From a virus (lineage: Duplodnaviria > Caudoviricetes), in the IMG/VR virus record IMGVR_UViG_3300049058_000014, positions 1 to 36,005 of that record: 36,005 nt of DNA, one strand, 5' to 3'. The position numbers were made by a program, and so were the translations under genes. The stretch's first letter is position 1. Every line of letters starts with the position of its first letter. The notes under the pieces were generated by a model that was not told the origin of the DNA, searched no databases, and saw only the letters and a list, made by a program, of their open reading frames with translations. This document shows, piece by piece, positions 15,701 through 24,002 of this stretch.

Positions 15701-16149
15701 AGGGCTAGACCAAGCTTCTCAACAGCACCGCTAACTGGAGTAAGGATTGAGCTACTAACAGACCCCAAACCTTTCAGGAAATCAGTAGCAGACTTCATAC
15801 GGCCTTCAGGATTGCCACCCATAATCATCTGGTACTCATTGACACCTAAGCCACGGAAGGCATCAATGTTCTCACTCCAGCGCCGCTTTAGGATATCGCC
15901 ATAGCTAGTGTTGGCAGAGTCGCTTAAGTAAGTTTGTCCTTGTGGCGGTCGTAGAAGGTCCTCACGCCCAACAGGATCTTCATTGGTGAGCCTATCAACG
16001 TCCATCTCAGGGCGGTTCCCAGTCGTGCCCCTTGCACCTACTGTACGGTCAATCTCGCCCATGACTTCGTCAAGGGTCATTTCAGTAGGGCTGTCGATAG
16101 TGTAGGAACGACCATCAGGCTCGTCGATTGTGTAGCTATAGCTTGGCAT
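12679..16149 (-). CDS. large internal virion / DNA-ejection protein
   Basis: 1156 aa, last gene of the structural arm; C-terminal TMFQRYPVKQF and GLPGLVGIDM segments typical of large podoviral ejection proteins. Confidence 0.7.
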   Translation of the reverse strand: MPSYSYTIDEPDGRSYTIDSPTEMTLDEVMGEIDRTVGARGTTGNRPEMDVDRLTNEDPVGREDLLRPPQGQTYLSDSANTSYGDILKRRWSENIDAFRGLGVNEYQMIMGGNPEGRMKSATDFLKGLGSVSSSILTPVSGAVEKLGLALGGDPQIARDIGDISELPAAWLFGGLASAGKLGMPALKLVQKFGAGRPMSLAAQRLHDVHLDYAAGQAGMTAAEKQAIGMSPIEELSRMSNQSIGDLAIAAKKPSIASIRLKQLQAEGEVWDAKVANGDYSAAHEIPESPTYVYTPRDAKGRFVKGPKIAKPGDKPPTAEAPVQAEFTPEGRDPKFIIGTTAHAAQSSSPYAVEAAYQLQLNELRLIEAKKVHHERTIAGLSGYGDETTRAAVTYRNDRTKQTHITRNVAAETTIDEPTKEVVKWMDDKISIMDAVWIPRLRASIRPKIERQVRAEVARGSKAWEQGWIKDKEKFIAKEVNHRVMQEVPNDWTIEDHLGELLHGEYKLTSRQGITWEARTPQGLRQVIREIKELHPEIELSDLKLTGKRVFLDDDLIRELGGGRTQKVVDNLLGDVRTHTNLDDMWNGVRTKGRTNFFRGLLEGKNQGPGYSVDLMKTFDILDGQTERLLMLSDVERKVGPMIEELSSRGLKTMAHSLERAYDSLKGVRSDIGISFDRYIASNPLTSKYIGEYALERWAGSLKSAIVTGFLKVSPRYQGQNSVQLLQTLYPIVDTKDMARGASLIASKEGREVLQRHGVFGIQNKIEGQTLFGSAKAGKVREWYDKITNASEKFNQEKAFLVMYDKARRLGLNDLQAGMYGKLRGQVYSQFLGLVTDTPDLFRRMDPFGVLTMFQRYPVKQFEMLMDIVKDKNFPAAAKWLAVNFLMGGARSTAMGNAGWLTHKMYDDIKKRYGESVAAFIHSGLPGLVGIDMASSVMFLNPPFGDNWFEKIGRLTTGVIGSVTGSVIGAAMDARQPEPYAAMRAFNSLVQQIPAAKQLNAVVKLMYGDYDLRTPGGKLKYRADAKDLFKIMLGAKPLREATQDTAITALMEVKARRDHLIDFIAARRGQAEASGIGLGQGMEQELQKLLDGWNGMWPEFPIVAPEIRRRGEAIKESANEDTRMRMMKRQPKALQRHPSWQDFRLERIPGGDEGGGE

Positions 16150-16152
16150 TAG

Positions 16153-17535
16153 TTATTCCTTTGTCTCCTCAATGAACCTCTTTAGGCGTTTGAGAACTTC
16201 AGGATGAAATTCTGGTTCGTAGGCCTCCCCAAAAGAGATCTTCCTCAAATGTGGTTCTAGTGCTTCTTCATTAACTAATCCATATTTATCTAGGTGTTGT
16301 AGAATACCGCGAAACTTGCTTAGCGGTGCGCCACCACCTAAATTCTTTCTTATCTGGTTTACGCTAGGTTTGAACATACCACCTGAAGTCATCCCCTGCG
16401 CTATGTTATCCATGATGTGTGAGATTAACTGATCACGGCTAACACCAGTAGGATAGATCTCACTACTAACACGATTTAAGTCTATATCCTTAGCCATATC
16501 ACTTAGGACTTTACCTCCAGGTTCAGCTGGTCCTTTGAACTTACCGAAGGTGGCATCAAGTCCTAGTTTTTGCTTTAACGCCTGGAAAGCCTCCAAGGCA
16601 CCTTGGCTTATTCTACTTCGTGAAATATCTACTGCGGCTGGCATTCCTCTAGGAGGCATCGGCACATCTCGAGGGTTCCACTTAGGACTGTTCTTACCTC
16701 CAAATAGAACTTCCTTAGTTTTGTCCTCCCAGCTAACGCCCATATCCTTAGCTAGTTTTCTAATCTCAGGAGAAGCACCTGGTCTAGAAGAAGCCTCACT
16801 CAAATGAGCTAGGGCCTCATCCATAGCAGCCCAACCCTCAGTAGCATGAGTTCTTGGGCCCTGCTCCATTAATTGTCTAGTATCCCACTTGTCCCAACCT
16901 TTACCGGCAACAGTATTTTCGTCTACAATTCTGTCTAAACTACCCCTAACATTAGATGGTATTTTACTTTGAAGTAATCTAGCAATCGTCCAGGCATCAT
17001 TTGGATCAGTGTTAGTGGCACGCTTACTAACTTCATTTTCATTATGTAGTAGTTCATGTTCTAAGATACGTCCAGTCTGTAGATCTTCGGGATGCATCTT
17101 AGAGTTTAACTTAATGACTGCTGGCGCATCTACTGTGGATGATACTACATACCCAGGGCGGTAATTACCAGCTACACCTGATCGCAAGTTATCATCCATC
17201 TTAGTATAGATATCCATAGGATTATCTAAAACCTTCTCTTTGAAGGCTTGTGGATATCTATTAGCCACTCCAGTCATTTGAGCCTTAGCTTCGGGAGTAT
17301 ACTTAGCCCACGTGGAGGGCTTGATCATACCCCCTACTGAAGTCATAGGATTAGCTTGATTGATGTACTCATCAGTCATGGCTTGGCGCTGCTCTGGATT
17401 GACTTGCTGCGCTCCACCGCTACGGTAGGCATCGATCAATTGCCTATCACGTTGGTTAGATTCAGCAAACGAAGTACCAGCCTTGATGATGTTCTCTCGA
17501 GCAAAGCCGATTAGATCTTCTAGTAAGCTATTCAT
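16153..17535 (-). CDS. putative ejection protein with zincin-like HExxH motif
   Basis: GVAGNY...IKLN...ILEHELLH...DEALAH; lies among ejection genes. Confidence 0.6.
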   Translation of the reverse strand: MNSLLEDLIGFARENIIKAGTSFAESNQRDRQLIDAYRSGGAQQVNPEQRQAMTDEYINQANPMTSVGGMIKPSTWAKYTPEAKAQMTGVANRYPQAFKEKVLDNPMDIYTKMDDNLRSGVAGNYRPGYVVSSTVDAPAVIKLNSKMHPEDLQTGRILEHELLHNENEVSKRATNTDPNDAWTIARLLQSKIPSNVRGSLDRIVDENTVAGKGWDKWDTRQLMEQGPRTHATEGWAAMDEALAHLSEASSRPGASPEIRKLAKDMGVSWEDKTKEVLFGGKNSPKWNPRDVPMPPRGMPAAVDISRSRISQGALEAFQALKQKLGLDATFGKFKGPAEPGGKVLSDMAKDIDLNRVSSEIYPTGVSRDQLISHIMDNIAQGMTSGGMFKPSVNQIRKNLGGGAPLSKFRGILQHLDKYGLVNEEALEPHLRKISFGEAYEPEFHPEVLKRLKRFIEETKE

Positions 17536-18971
17536 TATGGGTTCTCTTTTATCGTGAACTTACGTCCACCACCTATGTCAAACGATCTGGATTTAGCTGG
17601 CTTACCATCACCGCGCTCAAACCCTGGTTGAGTATGGCTTCCATCAGGGTTAGTCACTACTCGCGGTGCCGATGACTGTGCCGCAGGCGCTGGCGCTGTT
17701 GCCGTAGGCGCCTTAGACTCACGTTCCAGACGTTGAATGGTAGCCTTATCACCAGGTGAGTTACGCTTGACTTCCTCTAGCTGTTTGGCAGCCCTAGCCT
17801 GTGGTGTAGATTTGGCAGCTAAGTTGTCGCGCTCTAACTGCGCCTTTGTTTTGGCACCAGGTTCATTTCGCCAGTCCCAAGGCTGCTCCTCAGATTCAAC
17901 TCCAGCACCAGTCACACCTGCATACGGATCATGTGCAGGTTCTCGCGGCAATCCATAGGGCGCTGGTCTATTGCCCATGAAAGCCTCAGAGTTCATGATT
18001 AGATCATACTGCATTCTGGCTAACCTATCAGCCATTTTGAGTAGGTCCTGTGGTGGAGTTCGGCCTCCACTCTTAGCAGCATTGTAGATTTTCTCGAAGT
18101 CCTCGTAAGCCTTGACTTTGGAGTTATGCTCAGCACTCCGCCGCAGCCTTACAACTTCATTTTGGTACTCAGCTTGGCGGTCCTCCTTATCGTATCTGGC
18201 GTCTAATGCTGCATCTTTATAAGGCTTGTCGATAGCCTCCTTCTCACGGAGTCTAGCTATGTCCTCAGTTAGCTTACGGCGTGCAGCATCTGGAAACATT
18301 TGGTAGAGGACCAAATCCTGGATCTGCGCCGGTATCTTAGCCTGAGTCATAAGCTGCGCTGCATCGAGCATCTTGCGCAGCATTAGCCTATTATTTTCAA
18401 CCTGTGCATGGCGCTGCTCTATGATAGCAGATGGAGGCCTAAATGGATCTCTAGCAGGATGCACATCAGTAGCACCTTCAACGCTGCTAGGTTCGCCACC
18501 TGGAATCCCACTAGGCATACCCCCACCACTCCTGGCAGCCTTAGCACGTGCTTCAGCCAGCGGTCCTGCATTGTAACGCTGAGCTAGATCACGTTGTCGA
18601 GGGTCCAAGGACTCAAGCTGGTCAGGTTGATCTGCAATCCAGCCCATGTTATTCCAAGCCCTAGTGCCAGTCTTAGGGTTAGCACCATAGGTGATGGGCA
18701 TTTCTTGCTCCTCATCACCACCAGGGCCAGCAAGGCCAAGTAGCTTACTACGTAAATCTTGAGCACTTTGCTGCTGGAGCTGGTACTTTTGCAAGACTTT
18801 ATCCGCGGCAGCTTGCTGTGAGTCATCCTGCCGAGCTAGTGCAGCGTGCGATTGGATAGCACCGCGGATTACTGCCTGCGTTAGATTGTTAGTGGCTTTC
18901 TGGTCTAAACCAGCAGCCCTGGCATCGTTCTGAACTTCAGCTAGAAGATCGTCATCAATGTACTCTGCCAT
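17535..18971 (-). CDS. putative ejection protein
   Basis: 478 aa, A/Q/R-rich helical, TAATG-coupled. Confidence 0.6.
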   Translation of the reverse strand: MAEYIDDDLLAEVQNDARAAGLDQKATNNLTQAVIRGAIQSHAALARQDDSQQAAADKVLQKYQLQQQSAQDLRSKLLGLAGPGGDEEQEMPITYGANPKTGTRAWNNMGWIADQPDQLESLDPRQRDLAQRYNAGPLAEARAKAARSGGGMPSGIPGGEPSSVEGATDVHPARDPFRPPSAIIEQRHAQVENNRLMLRKMLDAAQLMTQAKIPAQIQDLVLYQMFPDAARRKLTEDIARLREKEAIDKPYKDAALDARYDKEDRQAEYQNEVVRLRRSAEHNSKVKAYEDFEKIYNAAKSGGRTPPQDLLKMADRLARMQYDLIMNSEAFMGNRPAPYGLPREPAHDPYAGVTGAGVESEEQPWDWRNEPGAKTKAQLERDNLAAKSTPQARAAKQLEEVKRNSPGDKATIQRLERESKAPTATAPAPAAQSSAPRVVTNPDGSHTQPGFERGDGKPAKSRSFDIGGGRKFTIKENP

Positions 18972-19972
18972 TAGAAGCCCTCATCTCCACCATAAGGAGT
19001 ATCGAAGTAGAAGTCGTTCCAGTCGTCTCCGCCACCGCCTGCGGTATTTAGTCCCAAGCCAGGCACCTCAACCTCAGTATTCAAGTTGTAGTAGCCAGTA
19101 TCCTCTGCTGGTCGATTGTAGTAGGAATTCCAATCATCACCACCACCTCCACCACCTCCACCTCCGTAGAAGTTCCAATCACCAGGGGCTCCACCACCAT
19201 TGAAGGTGGTATCTTCTGGCTGTTGAGGTGCTGGTTGGCCACTTCCGCCACCACTAAGCCCACCACTAGGGCCACTGAGTCCACCACCACTTCTACCACC
19301 ACTGGTGCCACCGCCACTAACATTACTGCTAGAGCTTCTAGTAGTTGGGTTCTGGAAGCTAGTACCCTGACTAGTGCCCTGTGAGGATGCTTGTTGAAGC
19401 TCCAAAGCCTGAATTAGCGGCGCCATCTGGCTCAGTGGTAAACCGAGTAGCTGACTCATCTGTTGGATGGTTTGACCTAACAAGGTCCCAGCAGCGTTTT
19501 GCCGCCTGCCAATTATATCTCCCTCCAGACGAGCACCAGCTACCCCATGCGCTCCAGATCGCAGTCCACCGGCTGCTCTGAAGCGATCTGTAAGTTGTCC
19601 ACGTGAGTCATTTTCGCCAGGTGCTAGTGAAGCAAGTAATGACTTCAGCTGTGTTTGGAAGACATTGCTGTTTACTGGATCTTGCATGAACTCATTGTAA
19701 ACAGGGACTACATTCTCATACAAGCCAGCAAAGTTCCTAGCCATTGAGTCAACCAAAGCTGGATTAGAGAAGTAACTTCCAGATTGGCTGGTTTGCTGAG
19801 ACGAATGTTGAGATGAGCCACCACCACCGCTACCGCTAGTTGTTTCGCTACCAGAGAGTGAGCTGCTAGGCGAATATATCCCAGTAATACCATTAGGGAG
19901 TGGTCCACCAGATAGCTGAGTAGGCGTAATCTGAGTTTGTTGGACGTTAGGGTCCATTAGATTGAATGGCAT
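18971..19972 (-). CDS. putative DNA-transfer/pilot ejection protein, G/S/Q-rich
   Basis: RFRAAGGLRSGAHG segment like small podoviral ejection proteins; low-complexity ends. Confidence 0.6.
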   Translation of the reverse strand: MPFNLMDPNVQQTQITPTQLSGGPLPNGITGIYSPSSSLSGSETTSGSGGGGSSQHSSQQTSQSGSYFSNPALVDSMARNFAGLYENVVPVYNEFMQDPVNSNVFQTQLKSLLASLAPGENDSRGQLTDRFRAAGGLRSGAHGVAGARLEGDIIGRRQNAAGTLLGQTIQQMSQLLGLPLSQMAPLIQALELQQASSQGTSQGTSFQNPTTRSSSSNVSGGGTSGGRSGGGLSGPSGGLSGGGSGQPAPQQPEDTTFNGGGAPGDWNFYGGGGGGGGGDDWNSYYNRPAEDTGYYNLNTEVEVPGLGLNTAGGGGDDWNDFYFDTPYGGDEGF

Positions 19973-19973
19973 T

Positions 19974-20261
19974 TTACTTACTCTCCTTCGCGTTTGCTGC
20001 TTGCAATACTGCTAACCTATCACTGTCCGGTTTTCGGACAGATTCGAGTACAGGCGGTATTTGCCTATACTCTTTTATTTGACTTATTAATCGTTCGTTC
20101 TCAGCTCTACCGTCTGTAATGCGCCTGTTTAGTGACTTAATCTCCTCCTGCTGCGCATCAGCGACGCGCTTGAGATCATCACGCTCCTTCGCCAAAGTCC
20201 TAATAATTTGGTCTACCTCGACAGCATACTGTGCTAGTTCGCCTACTAAGTTCATTGCCAT
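19974..20261 (-). CDS. coiled-coil hypothetical protein
   Basis: Heptad-rich 95 aa, tightly packed. Confidence 0.65.
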   Translation of the reverse strand: MAMNLVGELAQYAVEVDQIIRTLAKERDDLKRVADAQQEEIKSLNRRITDGRAENERLISQIKEYRQIPPVLESVRKPDSDRLAVLQAANAKESK

Positions 20262-20262
20262 T

Positions 20263-20688
20263 TTAATCTGCCTCCCCTGAGTCTATTTTGTTGTTAATAC
20301 TTGTTTTCGCCTGTGCTAATGTTCTTTGAGGATAATCAGCGATGAGTCCAATTCGTGTTTTCAAGTCAGCTAAGCTAGTAGCTGCGTCCACAGCACTGAG
20401 AATAGCATTGATCTTATCAGCGTGGGCATTGAGTTCATCTAGTAATACTGCCGCGACAGCCCTTGCAAACACCGATGCAGATACACCAGCTATGACTAAG
20501 TCTTTAGCTAAGTTTTGCTGTACTATATTCGGCGCATCAGGGCCATCGAGTATAGGGTTATCTGGTAAGCTATCGGGGTAGAAGAGTAATCCATTTGATA
20601 CATAGAACTCATTTATTGTAATGTTGTAGCGCGCCATGAACTTAGCGCCATCAAATGGAGGAGGTGCTACTAAGATTGACTTCATCAT
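20263..20688 (-). CDS. hypothetical protein, possible tail-fibre partner or chaperone
   Basis: ATGA-coupled directly after the tail fibre. Confidence 0.65.
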   Translation of the reverse strand: MMKSILVAPPPFDGAKFMARYNITINEFYVSNGLLFYPDSLPDNPILDGPDAPNIVQQNLAKDLVIAGVSASVFARAVAAVLLDELNAHADKINAILSAVDAATSLADLKTRIGLIADYPQRTLAQAKTSINNKIDSGEAD

Positions 20689-22337
20689 TCACCTATATAA
20701 GCTGCAAAGAAATGACTATTCGGTGCTCCAAACTGTACATCTAAGTTACCACCACTATCCTGATAGCCATGAAGCTCAATATAATCTGCAGCTGTCAAGG
20801 ATACTAGCCACACCGTGGCAGGTCTAGAATTGTCACCTGTTATAGCCCCGATGGCAGATATCCTGATTGGAGTACCACTACCATTAAGGTGCAAGCGTAA
20901 TTGCCTGACGCCAGTACCATTAGTAGCATAGTTGAGAGTTCCACCGATTAGGTATTTACCAGTCAAGGCTACGGTTATGCGCGTATTGTTAGTTACATTA
21001 TCATGTAAGGTATCAGTATCCACGTCCTCAGCGCCGAAATTAATAGCTGTAACTGTAGCATTGCTAAGTGTTTGGTCTCCAGACTGCTTGACTGACGCCA
21101 TCGAGTTAAGGTGCCTAAACCTATTTTGGGCTGACATTCTAGCCCTAGTACCAGAACCTAGGAGGAAGTCAGTTCCATCGTAAGCTAAGTTAGCTGACTC
21201 ACCATATGTGTTACTAGCACTGGCATAGGCTATTCTATTTGCAGTGGCTGCGTTGGGCAGTATTAACGTGCTCCAAACAGTAGCTACTCCAGCCCCGCCT
21301 GAGCGTAAGTAACTACCAGCTGATCCAAAGGTTGCCCCGTTAACTCCAATAGCGCCAGTGTTGTGAAGTGTTAGACCTTGCACAAAACTACCAGCATTGT
21401 TAAGGTAAAACTCTAATTGTGAAGTTGGGTTAGTAACCCCACTAGCAGTCAAGCTACAATTGATTACAGCTCCACGCTTGTCACTGGCGCTAGCTCCACG
21501 TGAGCCCCAAGAGATACCGCCAAGTGAACTAAGACTGGCAGTAGCGATATTAGCTATCTGCACGTCCACGCCTAGCGTAGTGCTATTCCTGAAAAACTGA
21601 CTAATGAACGTCGTTAGTGTAGGATGAATAGATCCTGGCGAAGCAGCTACTTCATTAAGGTAGATATTTCCATCATTATTGAACCTCATCCGCTCAGTTA
21701 GGCCCGAGGTGTTATTAGCTGATGTGAATATCCCTAAAGCGCCACCACGGTTATTGGCTGTAGCACCCTGCAAGGTGCCACTAATTGCCGCCCTACGCTT
21801 GTCAGCCAATCCAGAGTTCTTATCACTCCACTGAACTATACCTAAACCATTCCCGTCAGCGTCGGCCTGGGCAGTTGCAAACTCGACACCTCCTGATAGT
21901 GAAGCACCCTCAAGGGTGATATACCTACGCCCTGCTAGTACCTGGACTACAGCGGTTCGCCCAATGCCTAAATTCTTGTTAGTGTTATCCCAATGGAGGG
22001 TAGTATCAAATGTAGGAAGGCCATTGGTATCAGCGAATAGAACCTTACTAGCCGTAATCGCTGATACGTCATCAATAGTTTGAGCGCCTGTCCAGTAAGT
22101 GATTCGATTAGCTGCACCTGTACCAGTGACTATCGTTGCAGGCACAGCAGCTAGTGGACCAGTCTCAACTCCATTGTCATCCTCGTAGTATAGACCGCCA
22201 GACTTACCATAGAGGTTCCAATGCCCACTACCTACGAGCAGACCACCAGGCGCAGCTGATTGTTCAGTAAAACGAACATAGCCATCTAGAGCAAAGCGCC
22301 CCTGATTTTGGACTAAATCCCAGTAGGTATCAAGCAT
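20685..22337 (-). CDS. tail fibre with C-terminal C1q/TNF-like domain
   Basis: Fibre motifs (ERMRFNNDGN, LTLHNTG, repeated ANRI-Y); C-terminal QTLSNATVTAINF...RITVALTGKYLI...DYIEL...FFAAYIG. Confidence 0.8.
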   Translation of the reverse strand: MLDTYWDLVQNQGRFALDGYVRFTEQSAAPGGLLVGSGHWNLYGKSGGLYYEDDNGVETGPLAAVPATIVTGTGAANRITYWTGAQTIDDVSAITASKVLFADTNGLPTFDTTLHWDNTNKNLGIGRTAVVQVLAGRRYITLEGASLSGGVEFATAQADADGNGLGIVQWSDKNSGLADKRRAAISGTLQGATANNRGGALGIFTSANNTSGLTERMRFNNDGNIYLNEVAASPGSIHPTLTTFISQFFRNSTTLGVDVQIANIATASLSSLGGISWGSRGASASDKRGAVINCSLTASGVTNPTSQLEFYLNNAGSFVQGLTLHNTGAIGVNGATFGSAGSYLRSGGAGVATVWSTLILPNAATANRIAYASASNTYGESANLAYDGTDFLLGSGTRARMSAQNRFRHLNSMASVKQSGDQTLSNATVTAINFGAEDVDTDTLHDNVTNNTRITVALTGKYLIGGTLNYATNGTGVRQLRLHLNGSGTPIRISAIGAITGDNSRPATVWLVSLTAADYIELHGYQDSGGNLDVQFGAPNSHFFAAYIGE

Positions 22338-22340
22338 TAG

Positions 22341-22655
22341 TTATTTCTTGAAGGTAGCCTTTAATCTACGTAAGGTTTCAATCCAGCCTAACTCACCCAT
22401 ACGCCTGAGGATTTGACTCCTTAATTGACAAGTTGGACATTTCTGGATGCCTAGTGCTTTACCTAGCCTCGTTACAGTCTCATCAATAGAGATCCCAACA
22501 ACCTGCGCAATTTTAGATATGGAGTCCTCTAACTGCTTCTCCTCAACAGTCTGTTGTGTCTCAACTTCAACCCAATCAGCACCTTTCCTAAAAGGCACAT
22601 TTTCAGGGATTTTGAACTTCTCTCCCTTTGAATCTTGATAGATTACGTATCCCAT
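22341..22655 (-). CDS. small CxxC protein
   Basis: LGKALGIQKCPTCQLR motif; sits between the two fibre genes. Confidence 0.7.
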   Translation of the reverse strand: MGYVIYQDSKGEKFKIPENVPFRKGADWVEVETQQTVEEKQLEDSISKIAQVVGISIDETVTRLGKALGIQKCPTCQLRSQILRRMGELGWIETLRRLKATFKK

Positions 22656-22656
22656 A

Positions 22657-23985
22657 CTATCCCGTTATTACCTTAACTACACTCACTCCATCAGCATCGG
22701 TTACAGTCACAGTCTTGGTAGGCATAGAAGTTCCACAAGGATTACAGCCGCCTGAGATCATACCAGCACTGCGCATATCACAGAAGGTACCTTGTGAGTT
22801 ACAAGGTGTATGGCCACTACTAGCACCATGATCTATAATCGTCATCTGTGTCCCAACTGCCTGGTTGACTGCACATGTAGGGGAAGCTGAATACTTATCA
22901 TTACTAGTCGGACTGATGTTAATACAACCGGCAGTAGTGTCATTACACCCATAGGTAGATTGGTCAGTGTTGTTACAACTATTACTACATTCTTTATGAA
23001 AGACAAACTTCCTATAAGCATTACCAGCTACTCCACTTCCAGAATTAGTTGGAGGTACTATCTTCTTAGTATTACTGTTAACTGTAGAGAATGTACCACC
23101 TGAGTTAGTGCTGAATGTGTAGGGTGGACGGCCTCCTGTTACCCGTAGCCGCATAGCATTATCAGAGCCGCAAGCCATACTGCAAGTGCTGTTAGCTGCA
23201 CCAGTATTAGTTTGGCACGTTACGGTGAGAGCACCGCCGCCACCCCCACCACCGCTGCCAGTACCACCAGTGCCACTCCCACCTGTACCGCTGGGTGTAT
23301 TTGCTCTAACTCCAGTGGAGTTTCCACAAAAACCCACTCCCACAGTACGCCCATTAGTACCGCCAGAAAGAGGAGCGTCAAAACACTCATTGCCAGAAAA
23401 CCCAAAGTTACTAGGAAAGCCACATACCCTCCATGTCTCACCTGCCGGTATCTTGAAGTTAATGTGTCCATCTCCAGCATCTTCACACCCAATTATTGAT
23501 ATGGAGTTAATATCCTCAGTTACAGATATATTGAAGTCTCTACAACCCTCGGCGCAGTTAAGGACGATAGCACCATCACTAGAGCAAATAACACAGTCAT
23601 GACCATCTGACTGAGTTCTAATGATAGACTCCAGCCTACGCATGGCATCGTTAAACTGGTCATCAGTTACCTCACCATCCGCGGTAGGGAGTGCTATAGG
23701 CGAGACAGTACGAACATCTAGGCCAAAGCAAGTCTGCGTAATGACGGACTTAGCACTTGATTCAGTCGCTGATTCATTAATGATCTTGTACCAGTAACGA
23801 GTTTCAGGAAGCAGACCGCTGTCGGTATAGTCAACATCACTGGCTATTGCGGTGTCTACCAAGTCATAACTGACACCATCTTCACTACGCCAAATAGCGT
23901 GAGTTTGAGTCGGCGCAACTGAATCCAACCACTTCAGGTTGACTGCGTCTACCGAAACAGACTCTATGTAAAGTGTAATAGCCAC
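22657..23985 (-). CDS. Cys-rich tail/receptor-binding protein with N-terminal fibronectin type III domain
   Basis: VNLKW...IWRS...YTDSGLLPETRYWYKI FN3 signature; poly-Gly linker; GGRPPYTF Ig-like motif; 21 Cys by manual count. Confidence 0.7.
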   Translation of the reverse strand: MAITLYIESVSVDAVNLKWLDSVAPTQTHAIWRSEDGVSYDLVDTAIASDVDYTDSGLLPETRYWYKIINESATESSAKSVITQTCFGLDVRTVSPIALPTADGEVTDDQFNDAMRRLESIIRTQSDGHDCVICSSDGAIVLNCAEGCRDFNISVTEDINSISIIGCEDAGDGHINFKIPAGETWRVCGFPSNFGFSGNECFDAPLSGGTNGRTVGVGFCGNSTGVRANTPSGTGGSGTGGTGSGGGGGGGALTVTCQTNTGAANSTCSMACGSDNAMRLRVTGGRPPYTFSTNSGGTFSTVNSNTKKIVPPTNSGSGVAGNAYRKFVFHKECSNSCNNTDQSTYGCNDTTAGCINISPTSNDKYSASPTCAVNQAVGTQMTIIDHGASSGHTPCNSQGTFCDMRSAGMISGGCNPCGTSMPTKTVTVTDADGVSVVKVITG

Positions 23986-24002
23986 TGCGTGCTTGTACTT
24001 AC

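Noticed and set aside
23220-23492. Nested hydrophobic ORF as a holin
   Set aside because: It is an alternate frame of Gly/Thr-rich codons within the FN3 tail gene, which naturally yields Val/Leu/Ala runs; no independent support.
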